IMG/VR virus record: IMGVR_UViG_3300030616_000016
Coordinates: 1-64,000 of that record
Direction: 5' to 3' (one strand)
DNA: 64,000 nucleotides
This document shows positions 55,908-64,000 of the stretch, piece by piece (the stretch's first letter is position 1; every line of letters begins with the position of its first letter). Made by a program: the position numbers and the translations under genes. The notes beneath the pieces were generated by a model. The model did no database searches and was not told the DNA's origin. It saw nothing but the letters and a program-made list of their open reading frames with translations.

Positions 55908-56708
55908 TTAAAGTTTCTTAGAAGCTTTTAGCTTCTTAATATGCGCGACTTCTTCTGGTGTCTGTAACTTCTCTAGCTTGCTGTGTAGTAGATCTAGATG
56001 TCGTTTAGCGTTTTCATCATGTTCTTTCTCCACCTTTTCTTTCAGTTCCGTTCTCATTTCTTGCACCGCCTTCATAGTATTTTTGCCGGCGCTTATTGTT
56101 AATCCAATAGTTGCACCCCATATTCTTCTTGCCAAAGGAATACCTAGTGATGGAACGAATATTATAAGTACTACTACTCCGATTATGATGATCCAAAAAA
56201 TAAGCATAATCCAAGCCCATAAAGATCCAAGTTTTGTCTTCAGAGTTGAGTTCTCTTTGGACTTCATCTCAAGTTCTTTTGCTTTATCTCTTATGATCTT
56301 TGCTTTCTCGTTGTTTACTTGCTTGATCTGTTCCATGAGCACTGCATTTTGCTCACGAATCTTTGCGTTTGCCTCATCGATTCCACTAAATACTTTCTCA
56401 ACAGACTTAGGGTCACTAGGATCGAAATCAGTATTAATGCCAAGTGTAGATATAAATTTCTTGGCAAGCTTAAGTATGATTTCTGCAGACTTTTCTTTTG
56501 GCTCTGCTCCTTCATAGTAAACCTTCTCTGCTTTGTCAAGATTTAAAGCAGTTGCTCTACTTAGTTGCTCCTTATTCTTGAACGGAAGCTCAGGTCTTTG
56601 AGGTACATTCTTTTCTGCGCGAAAAGCATGATCTTCTCTCGTTATTTCTACAAAACTGCAACCTGTTGCAAATAAAGAAAATATACTTATAATAAGTAGT
56701 TTTCTCAT
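55908..56708 (-). CDS. Lipoprotein with coiled coil and an additional TM segment
   Basis: MRKLL...FATGC lipobox; hydrophobic segment near the C-terminus. Confidence 0.6.
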   Translation of the reverse strand: MRKLLIISIFSLFATGCSFVEITREDHAFRAEKNVPQRPELPFKNKEQLSRATALNLDKAEKVYYEGAEPKEKSAEIILKLAKKFISTLGINTDFDPSDPKSVEKVFSGIDEANAKIREQNAVLMEQIKQVNNEKAKIIRDKAKELEMKSKENSTLKTKLGSLWAWIMLIFWIIIIGVVVLIIFVPSLGIPLARRIWGATIGLTISAGKNTMKAVQEMRTELKEKVEKEHDENAKRHLDLLHSKLEKLQTPEEVAHIKKLKASKKL

Positions 56709-56710
56709 GC

Positions 56711-57610
56711 TTACTGCTCCTCGCCACTCCACAACTTCTGGCCATCATATCCATCCCAGCATTTGCTAGAATATTTGCAGTAGCGGCATCGCCAATCGCC
56801 CTTGTCAACAAACCTTCCTTCTTTGGCTTTGGCTGTATCATCTTTGCTTAAATCACCAGCCTCTGCCAGTGCCAATAGTTTCTCTTTATTATATTGTATC
56901 ACATAATCGCGCGGAGGCAACTCATTTGCATTAACATATCCCCAAAATTTGCTAAATCTATCTTTAATTCCTTGAATCTTGAGATCGGGATAGTGTATAT
57001 AAGTGCCGCCTATACCAGATTTTATACATGCATGTTTGTCTTCGCCTTCGAACTTTATTGTATGTTCATTATATTCACCATTATCTCTTGCTATATAAAA
57101 CAGCTTCCATAATTCCATACCAAATTGACTAAAGAAGTCTAGATATATTAATGACTGTAACACATGGTCTTGTTTAGGTTCTAACACACCTCTCTGCGGT
57201 ATGATTACAAGTTTCTTACCATGATAGCCCCATACACTCTTAATTTCTACTCCGATTTTATTATCGGTTTCATCATCAGCTACTATCGCATCAATGCGAC
57301 CGTGGATTCTATATTCTGGAATCCATATATCTGTCTCAATTGCATCTATAATCCTTGCTTCTGTAAGGACTTCTGTTACCAGCTCATGCATTTTATCGCC
57401 CATGCGAAACTTCATTTGTTGCATTGGTGTGGTGCGCTCTGTTGGCTCTTCGCCTGTAATCCGGTAGTATTCTGATCTTAAACATCCACCTACAATACTT
57501 CCGTCACTTAACTCTATTGAAGCAGCTGAAGGATGAGCCGTAAGCCTGGGCCTGATACTTGGAATTGTTGGGTTACATAGCTGTTCGTCCATTATGTCAG
57601 TCAAATTCAT
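56711..57610 (-). CDS. Cas4-like PD-(D/E)XK exonuclease
   Basis: CLR, G..MH, GRIDA, EIKS, Q...Y, CRYC.Y...C. Confidence 0.8.
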   Translation of the reverse strand: MNLTDIMDEQLCNPTIPSIRPRLTAHPSAASIELSDGSIVGGCLRSEYYRITGEEPTERTTPMQQMKFRMGDKMHELVTEVLTEARIIDAIETDIWIPEYRIHGRIDAIVADDETDNKIGVEIKSVWGYHGKKLVIIPQRGVLEPKQDHVLQSLIYLDFFSQFGMELWKLFYIARDNGEYNEHTIKFEGEDKHACIKSGIGGTYIHYPDLKIQGIKDRFSKFWGYVNANELPPRDYVIQYNKEKLLALAEAGDLSKDDTAKAKEGRFVDKGDWRCRYCKYSSKCWDGYDGQKLWSGEEQ

Positions 57611-57893
57611 CGTCTAACTCCATTTCATCATCTAATTGTTCATTGTTTATTTCATCTGCCTGCAGCTCTGCTTCTGCTTCATAACTCATCACTTCTTCCA
57701 ATTCACTGATCTTTCTATTTGCTTTTCTTAACTCGTTGGTAAGCTTAATGTTAAGTATGTTTGCTTTCTTTAGATCAGCTTTTAAACGGTTAATTTCATT
57801 GCTGTTAGAAGATATAGGATTCTTTTTCTTCTTTACAATCTCTATGTCCTTAACCAAGTTTGGAAATAGTTCTTCTATCGGAACGTTTTGCAT
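57597..57893 (-). CDS. Coiled-coil hypothetical protein
   Basis: SD GGAG. Confidence 0.5.
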   Translation of the reverse strand: MQNVPIEELFPNLVKDIEIVKKKKNPISSNSNEINRLKADLKKANILNIKLTNELRKANRKISELEEVMSYEAEAELQADEINNEQLDDEMELDDEFD

Positions 57894-60258
57894 GTCTCCT
57901 CGCTTTTGCCTCTGTTGTCTCGAACATTTCGCCAGTATATGGATTCATCTCTAGATAGATAGTTGTTTCATCGCCGGTATGTTTGTTCTTGGCAATATTT
58001 GCTTCAAAAACAGGCATCTTCATTATTGAAGATTTTTCTTGTAGCCAATATACACTAGATCTATCTCTTAATTCATGTACTTCATTGTAACCAAGAATAA
58101 TTGATGTACAATCATACTCAATTGCACCTGTCTCAAGAATGTCTCTTAACACAGGACGCATTCCATCTAGTGTTTTACACAGCTCAAGAGTACAAATCAT
58201 TGTGAAATCTTCAGATACAACATCATTCTTAATCCTTCCAGACAGTTCTTTATACTTAGTTCTTTCACTATCTCCAACAGAGTCTGAGAGTTTATGTAAA
58301 TTGTCTAAGAATGCTACGATATGTCGTGAAGGATCTAATGTTTTAATGTATCTGATTGTCTCAACCATTTGACTATATAATGAACAAGTACTTGCATCAA
58401 ATATATATAGCCGGCGTTTGCTTGTTAAATCAACGAACTTGTTTTGTGCATTAACCACTCTATTAAAATCATTAATATCAGTAAGGTATTTTCTGGGGAA
58501 TTTAATATGTTTAGATGGAATACCAGAATCAATTCCTAAAAGCCTAGGTATAAATTGCATCTTTGAATCATCAATAGTGAATACTACTATTGTAAGATTC
58601 TCATTTTCTTCTATGGTTGCCATCTTCCATACAAGATTTGCAAAGAAAGTAGTTTTACCCATAGATGGAGATGCTGCCAAGCCTATATAGCCATGTCTTT
58701 TAGGGATTCCGTCATATGTTTCATTGATAAGATCGAATCCGGTGTCCCAACCATCCAGTTTCTTTTCTGGATCTTTGCTTTCCCACTCTCTAAATATTTG
58801 TCCTGCTTCTTCAAGATGAGATTCTATGTTGACAATATCTTCGCTATTCTGTTTGTCGACATTTCTAATCTGGTCCATAGCAGAAGCAAGTGTGATATTT
58901 GGATCTTGTTTATGATGTATAATATCACGATATGCTTCTTGGACAATGTTGGTCTTCTTTGCTGTAAGGGCCGCCTCTTTCTTATCGGCATAATTTATTA
59001 CCTCTCTCAGAATTAAGCCTTCCATTATACCTGTAGCTTTTGACAAGATTTTTATATCATGATTCCATTTGCTAGGTCTAATGCTTCTAGCTATGTGAGG
59101 AATCATTTCCTCACATACTTCTTCTGGCTCTTTATTTTCTGAGAGATATCTTAGCAGCCAATCAAAGCTCTTTTCAACAGGCAACCCAAGAAACGCTTCT
59201 TTACCATTACATCTTATAAAAGCATCTGGGTCACTATTCTCTTTACTAGAACCTTCTGGTAAGTGTACAAGCTGTATAACGATATCACTTAATAAGGTAG
59301 AGATATCTTTTAACTTATCATATGTGGCTCGTTTGCCACCTTTGTCAGCATCAAAGCATAATCTAACGCATTTGAACCCCATGCCTTCAAGCTTAGTAAA
59401 CTGTTGTTTTGTTAAACTTACACCGCCTATAGCAACTGCATTATATATACCATGCTGGTATGCTGTAACCGCGTCTGCATATCCTTCAAATATATACAAG
59501 GGTTCTTCAATATGTTTTCTTGCTAAATGTAGTCCATATAGATAATTACTTTTATCATATATTTCTTTAGACAGATTATAATATTTGGGAAATGGATTTT
59601 TCTCTCCATCTTTGTATCGAAGATCCCTTGCTGCAAATGACACAGTAGATCCATTCTCATCTTTGAGAGAGAATGTAAGCTTGCGTCCGCCAAATATATT
59701 TTTGCCTAGATGTTTAGAATCTTGACTAGAAGGATAAAACTCTTTGTAAAAGTTATTTTTAAAGTCGTTATGAGATATAGTACCTATACCTAAGTCTTCA
59801 CAAAGCTGTGCTGACCAACCTCTTTCTTCACCATATCTGGTTGATCCAAATTCATTTAAGATTTTAGTAGCACCATTAAACAAAGTTTTGTGTTTTAAAT
59901 TTTTAATTTCTTGTTCGGTAAAGTTAACATCATTCTCAAAAGGTATGCCAAATTCTTTGGCTAGGAAGTATATATTTTCTGTTATAAATTCTTTACCATA
60001 CAGAGGTTTATTGTCTAAGAGATGCGCTGCTGTAAAGATATCCCCATGTGCATTACATAAATGACAATACCATCTGGTCTGTTCTTTATCAGCGAATCTG
60101 CAGTTGTAATTACCAGGAGTATCCTTGTGCTCAGGAACATTGATGCACTGAAACTTATTTTGTTCGGTCAGCCTTCTTCCAAATCTTTTGATATACTCAT
60201 ACAGCTTAGGTCGTATCTTTTCTTTTAGAGCTTCAATTTTATCTATTGCTGCTGACAT
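57850..60258 (-). CDS. DnaG primase fused to a DnaB-like helicase
   Basis: Zn finger (C..H..C..C), KYYN, EGY.D, FDADKGG, DPD; ASPSMGKT, DNL, IE.D, KNK. Confidence 0.88.
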   Translation of the reverse strand: MSAAIDKIEALKEKIRPKLYEYIKRFGRRLTEQNKFQCINVPEHKDTPGNYNCRFADKEQTRWYCHLCNAHGDIFTAAHLLDNKPLYGKEFITENIYFLAKEFGIPFENDVNFTEQEIKNLKHKTLFNGATKILNEFGSTRYGEERGWSAQLCEDLGIGTISHNDFKNNFYKEFYPSSQDSKHLGKNIFGGRKLTFSLKDENGSTVSFAARDLRYKDGEKNPFPKYYNLSKEIYDKSNYLYGLHLARKHIEEPLYIFEGYADAVTAYQHGIYNAVAIGGVSLTKQQFTKLEGMGFKCVRLCFDADKGGKRATYDKLKDISTLLSDIVIQLVHLPEGSSKENSDPDAFIRCNGKEAFLGLPVEKSFDWLLRYLSENKEPEEVCEEMIPHIARSIRPSKWNHDIKILSKATGIMEGLILREVINYADKKEAALTAKKTNIVQEAYRDIIHHKQDPNITLASAMDQIRNVDKQNSEDIVNIESHLEEAGQIFREWESKDPEKKLDGWDTGFDLINETYDGIPKRHGYIGLAASPSMGKTTFFANLVWKMATIEENENLTIVVFTIDDSKMQFIPRLLGIDSGIPSKHIKFPRKYLTDINDFNRVVNAQNKFVDLTSKRRLYIFDASTCSLYSQMVETIRYIKTLDPSRHIVAFLDNLHKLSDSVGDSERTKYKELSGRIKNDVVSEDFTMICTLELCKTLDGMRPVLRDILETGAIEYDCTSIILGYNEVHELRDRSSVYWLQEKSSIMKMPVFEANIAKNKHTGDETTIYLEMNPYTGEMFETTEAKARRHAKRSDRRTISKLG

Positions 60259-60467
60259 TTACCTTTCTCCTGGTAGTATCTCATGTTGTATTGTCTTACC
60301 TTCTCTTTATTTGCACGCTTCCAAGCAGCTGAGGTTACATTCATCTTTGCTTTTACACCAGGCCTAGTTTTATAGTCTTCTTTCATATAGCAACTATCAC
60401 ACTTGCCATTTCTACGGCGAATATTCTTTAATTGGTTACAACTTGTACAAATTTTTACTGTTGCCAT
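60243..60467 (-). CDS. Small Zn-finger protein
   Basis: CTSC...CDSC. Confidence 0.5.
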   Translation of the reverse strand: MATVKICTSCNQLKNIRRRNGKCDSCYMKEDYKTRPGVKAKMNVTSAAWKRANKEKVRQYNMRYYQEKGKCQQQ

Positions 60468-60498
60468 ATTAGTATTTTGATGTTATAATAATATTATT

Positions 60499-61296
60499 AT
60501 GAAAACAAATATTAAACAGCTAGACCAAGCGATGCTATGCCCGTCTTATGTAGAACTCTCTAAACAATATTCTCCAATGAATCTTGAAAGTACTGGCTAT
60601 AATTCTAGAGCTGCAGAAATTATTGATATATATTACAGTCGATTTATAGGTGCTACTAATTTTAAGAAAACTAGAATCAGACAAATGTTTTCGGAGTTGG
60701 TTGATGAACATTACTTGAAGCATGGTGGAGATATAAATAAAATAGACGCCGAGAAACTTTTGTTTGACGAGTTTATCAATTGCTGTTTCAAACGAGTTGA
60801 TAACAACTCGGAAGTAATGACAAAAGTACCTATAGAAATGAGCGTTGACTATAATCATATTATTTATGGTACAATAGATGCAATTGTTGATAAAATAAAA
60901 AGACCGAGAACACTCAGCATAATATTATATGAACACAAGCCTTTATATCCAATAGGACGTGAGAGTACATCTAGTATGACTCTAAAATTTATTAAGTCAT
61001 GTCTTATGGATATATATAACTTCGAGTCTTTGTCTAGAAGCAATTTTGTCATTTATAGCTTCTCTCCGCCAAGTGTAAGAATTATTAAAATGTCTTCTGT
61101 GAGCCTCAGAAATTTTAGAAACATAGCAGGAAGAATTGCAACCTCTATTGAGATTGGGTTACTGTATCCTCATCCTGGTCATCATTGTTATACGTGTGAT
61201 ATGCGAAATCGTTGCATGTATCGGATCCACCGCTCAGCTTCTGAGTCAGATGGTCAGCAGGACGGAAACGAACTCTTAAAGTTTCTGGAAGCTTAA
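60499..61296 (+). CDS. PD-(D/E)XK-like protein (possibly inactive)
   Basis: CP, GTIDAI, C..C....C Fe-S-like Cys; ExK degenerate. Confidence 0.55.
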   Translation: MKTNIKQLDQAMLCPSYVELSKQYSPMNLESTGYNSRAAEIIDIYYSRFIGATNFKKTRIRQMFSELVDEHYLKHGGDINKIDAEKLLFDEFINCCFKRVDNNSEVMTKVPIEMSVDYNHIIYGTIDAIVDKIKRPRTLSIILYEHKPLYPIGRESTSSMTLKFIKSCLMDIYNFESLSRSNFVIYSFSPPSVRIIKMSSVSLRNFRNIAGRIATSIEIGLLYPHPGHHCYTCDMRNRCMYRIHRSASESDGQQDGNELLKFLEA

Positions 61297-61504
61297 GTAT
61301 CCTACCTCTTTGCATATCATATCCTACTTTACCTGCTTGACTGGTAATATCAAACCTGCCAAACTTGTATAGCCGAAGCTCCATACCTGAGCCCAATACA
61401 TCAAGCATTGTATCTACCATAGTGTCTATCACTTCTTTCGTATCTTTTTGTGAGACACTACATTTTCTAGATACACGTTTAATTAGTTCTGATTGAGTTA
61501 TCAT
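61145..61504 (-). CDS. HU-family DNA-binding protein
   Basis: ELIK.V, FGRF, VRFRP. Confidence 0.85.
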   Translation of the reverse strand: MITQSELIKRVSRKCSVSQKDTKEVIDTMVDTMLDVLGSGMELRLYKFGRFDITSQAGKVGYDMQRGRILKLPETLRVRFRPADHLTQKLSGGSDTCNDFAYHTYNNDDQDEDTVTQSQ

Positions 61505-61532
61505 GCTTGCTCCGAAATTGGGACGTAGAATA

Positions 61533-61560
61533 AGTATATACTGATAAATAGTATTGTCAA
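61533..61560 (-). promoter_or_regulatory. Promoter TTGACA-N16-TATACT
   Basis: Upstream of the HU gene. Confidence 0.65.
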
Positions 61561-61952
61561 GTCATTAATGATTCTTTTAATTCATCTACTTCACTCATAG
61601 TAGAGTCATATAGATCCTTAAGTGCTTGACTGATATCACTATCTGTAAAAGTTCTTACATTATTTACAAGAGTAAAAATTGTTGTGGCTCTTGCAAGAAC
61701 GACCAGCTTGTGGATCTCGTCTTCCTCAAATCCGAATTCTTCAAGATCCTTTCGTTCCAGACTACGATCAATTATTGCTTGCAATACAGTGTGATGATTT
61801 GGACATAAGACAATTTGGTTGATTGTCATGTCTGAGCCACCATCTGACTTTGAATGTATATGGTGGACATTGACGATGCATTGGGCGCCGCCCCAACCAC
61901 AGATAGAACACTTATATCCACTTCTAATTAATACTTCTTCTTTTGTCTGCAT
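61557..61952 (-). CDS. HNH endonuclease
   Basis: CSICG, VHHI...GG...N...LCPNHH. Confidence 0.85.
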   Translation of the reverse strand: MQTKEEVLIRSGYKCSICGWGGAQCIVNVHHIHSKSDGGSDMTINQIVLCPNHHTVLQAIIDRSLERKDLEEFGFEEDEIHKLVVLARATTIFTLVNNVRTFTDSDISQALKDLYDSTMSEVDELKESLMT

Positions 61953-61953
61953 G

Positions 61954-62310
61954 TTACGACTTCCGTCCCAGTATTTCGTTAATCATATCAAACTCATCAT
62001 TTGTTATAGTCCGAGGATTTAGTTCAAATAATCCAACACTCCCACATCCAAGACATCTTGGACACTGGATAGGTTTTCTGCGAATCGATCCTTTTCCATT
62101 ACACAGATTACAAGTTTGCCTATATCTGAGATTTTGATTTAAGATATGAATCGACTCATTACGTGTCCGATTTTGTGGTTTAGGAGTTGCAGAATCCGTT
62201 TTAGATTCCTTTTTAGACTCTTCTTTGCATGAGACTATGATGCTCACAAACATAAACATTGCAAATACTATAGCGATAGCTATTAAAAAACAAATACAAA
62301 TCATTGTCAA
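61954..62310 (-). CDS. Membrane-anchored DnaJ-type Zn-finger protein
   Basis: TM followed by CxxCxGxG x2. Confidence 0.65.
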   Translation of the reverse strand: MTMICICFLIAIAIVFAMFMFVSIIVSCKEESKKESKTDSATPKPQNRTRNESIHILNQNLRYRQTCNLCNGKGSIRRKPIQCPRCLGCGSVGLFELNPRTITNDEFDMINEILGRKS

Positions 62311-62326
62311 ATCCTTTCATAATAAG

Positions 62327-63502
62327 TTATAATTTACCGGTCATAAATTTTATTGCTTTGCCAAATGAATCAACCTTATTAAGTTCAATTACATTGGCTA
62401 CTTGGAACTCATTCCTGCCTTGTTTAGTTTTATTAGTACGTATACGTCCTCTAACAAGACATGTCTTGTTTGCTTCGCCAAGTTCTTCAAGTGTTTTCTT
62501 CAAAGATTTCTCTGCTTTTTTATATGAAACAACTGGAGCTATGCTATGTCCATCTTCCATATAAAGAATACGCCTCTTTGATTCTTCAACTATGAATAAC
62601 TGGCAGGCAACGGTTACGAACATCCAATGTTGCAATCTGCTATCTTCGCCCATAGCTACTCTAGATGCATCAGATAAAGTTTTAATATCACAATCCTTTA
62701 TCCTCTCAAGTCTTTCTTTGTTGTCATCTAGAAATGGTGCGCTTTCAGATAGACTGAAACCAAGATGATAAAGCTCTTCTTTATGATACACATTTTTATC
62801 CATAGGTTCACAGTCTAACATTTCTATATTAAATACTTCGTTCTTCTTTTCTTCGTCATTCAGAGTCTTGCGTTTCATTATCTTGTTAGACTCTTTTTTT
62901 ATGTTCTCAATATTAATGACAATCCAATTTCTATTTGGCTTACCATCTTCTGTAGTTTCAGCTATTGGATCAAAGAATCCAATCTTTGCCAAAGCATATA
63001 AGGCTGATGTATATATGGTTTTATAATTATTAATATAAGCCCATATAAACTCTGTTAGACTGTCGAATGGTCCATACTTTTTAACCAGTTCTTCAATAGC
63101 TGAGGCAGCATTGCTATTCACATAGCGTATACCATCCATGCCTACTCTTATGCCGTACCCATTCTCTAATGGCTGGCATATTTGTGAGCATCCTTCTATA
63201 CTTGGCGGTCTAACTTCAAGCCCAGCAGATGTCGCTTCTTCAATATATTTACTGACAGTAGATTTGTTGTTGGACCTGGCATTAATCATTGCGCTTATGT
63301 ATTCTTCAAGATATAAGCATTTTAGGTATGCAGTCTTATAGGTAAGATAGGCATAGCTTACACTATGTGAGTTTTTTGATATAAGACCACTAGATAAGAT
63401 ATAATTATGGGGCTCGTTTTCCATTCTAATATTATATAGTCTACGCTTACCTAGTTTTCTTATCTTATTTATCTTTACTTTCTTCAATTGCAAGTTTTGC
63501 AC
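62327..63502 (-). CDS. dnaE: DNA polymerase III alpha C-terminal fragment preceded by a split-intein C-half
   Basis: SHSVSYA..Y.TAYLK, PPSI, GPFDS, GFFD, E...LG, OB-like C-terminus; GTG start with SD AGGAG. Confidence 0.85.
   Translation of the reverse strand: MQNLQLKKVKINKIRKLGKRRLYNIRMENEPHNYILSSGLISKNSHSVSYAYLTYKTAYLKCLYLEEYISAMINARSNNKSTVSKYIEEATSAGLEVRPPSIEGCSQICQPLENGYGIRVGMDGIRYVNSNAASAIEELVKKYGPFDSLTEFIWAYINNYKTIYTSALYALAKIGFFDPIAETTEDGKPNRNWIVINIENIKKESNKIMKRKTLNDEEKKNEVFNIEMLDCEPMDKNVYHKEELYHLGFSLSESAPFLDDNKERLERIKDCDIKTLSDASRVAMGEDSRLQHWMFVTVACQLFIVEESKRRILYMEDGHSIAPVVSYKKAEKSLKKTLEELGEANKTCLVRGRIRTNKTKQGRNEFQVANVIELNKVDSFGKAIKFMTGKL
63371..63502 (-). mobile_element. Split intein IntC (44 aa)
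   Basis: KVKINKIRKLG..LYNI....PHNYILSSGLISKN followed by S. Confidence 0.8.
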
Positions 63503-63998
63503 GATTGAATTTTCTCCTCATACAAAATTCAGCATTATTATACATGAGTCTTAGCACTTTTGTTAAATCCCTTTCTATATACCACTCTATATAATATAAA
63601 ATACCTCTTTGCTGTGAGGGTATTTTATAATCTATATCTAGTATATGGAATAGCATATATGATATTTGTGATACAACAGATTTCGTTCCTAGAAATCTTA
63701 TGCACCATTTTTTATTAACGCTATTTCTATATAGAGTTCCATCACCATCAAAAAATCCTCTTAGCATATGTCCAAATAAATCTATTTTTATAGGAGGTAA
63801 TACTGCATCATTTGTTTTATCACTTGTAAAACCAAATCTGTAAAGATCTTCAACCATTTTTGGAGATGCTACTGTAATTCTGGACATTGGTTTTACATTG
63901 ACTTCTCTGCCTGCTATTATCTTTTTACCTCCAGGTATTTCTATTATCTTGTTATCAGTTTTCCATTGTTTTTTAACATAGTTGATTATATATCTGTC
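63465..63998 (-). CDS. LAGLIDADG homing endonuclease (5'-truncated by window)
   Basis: LRGFFDGDG; frame open to the window edge and different from the IntC frame. Confidence 0.85.
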   Translation of the reverse strand, partial: DRYIINYVKKQWKTDNKIIEIPGGKKIIAGREVNVKPMSRITVASPKMVEDLYRFGFTSDKTNDAVLPPIKIDLFGHMLRGFFDGDGTLYRNSVNKKWCIRFLGTKSVVSQISYMLFHILDIDYKIPSQQRGILYYIEWYIERDLTKVLRLMYNNAEFCMRRKFNRAKLAIEESKDK

Positions 63999-64000
63999 GC

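Noticed and set aside
56711-57610. Cas4-like gene as a CRISPR adaptation module
   Set aside because: More than 30 kb from the arrays, among replication genes; solo Cas4-like nucleases are common in phages and type I-E does not use Cas4

Overview
AT-rich segment of a large (jumbo/huge) bacteriophage genome, read in the standard bacterial code. From left to right it contains: Ser-rich and tail-fibre-like structural genes (+); a glycan-modification block with an intein-containing radical SAM gene; dUTPase; a type I-E CRISPR-Cas interference module (cas3-cas8e-cse2-cas6e-cas7-cas5e, no cas1/cas2 in the window) with three arrays; and a ~12.7 kb minus-strand cluster of 25 apparently intact tRNAs plus pseudo/atypical tRNAs, three HNH genes and an RNase Z-like hydrolase. 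These are followed by a second glycosyl/sulfo/methyltransferase block, an intein-containing actin-like ATPase, nucleotide-metabolism genes, gmd, a Cas4-like nuclease, a primase-helicase, HU and a DnaE fragment that starts with a split-intein C-half. Main discoveries: (1) an unannotated 39-codon leader peptide containing all 20 amino acids, whose stop codon is the antiterminator arm of a terminator gating the tRNA operon (a candidate pan-tRNA-sensing attenuator), followed by an rrn-like boxA; (2) five copies of a ~175-195 nt multi-branch structured RNA with divergent stems and a conserved GRAAYACAUAU loop; (3) an HNH cassette that splits a tRNA gene and carries a replacement tRNA with the same anticodon, with a second similar case. 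All calls come from manual reading; no database searches or folding programs were run.
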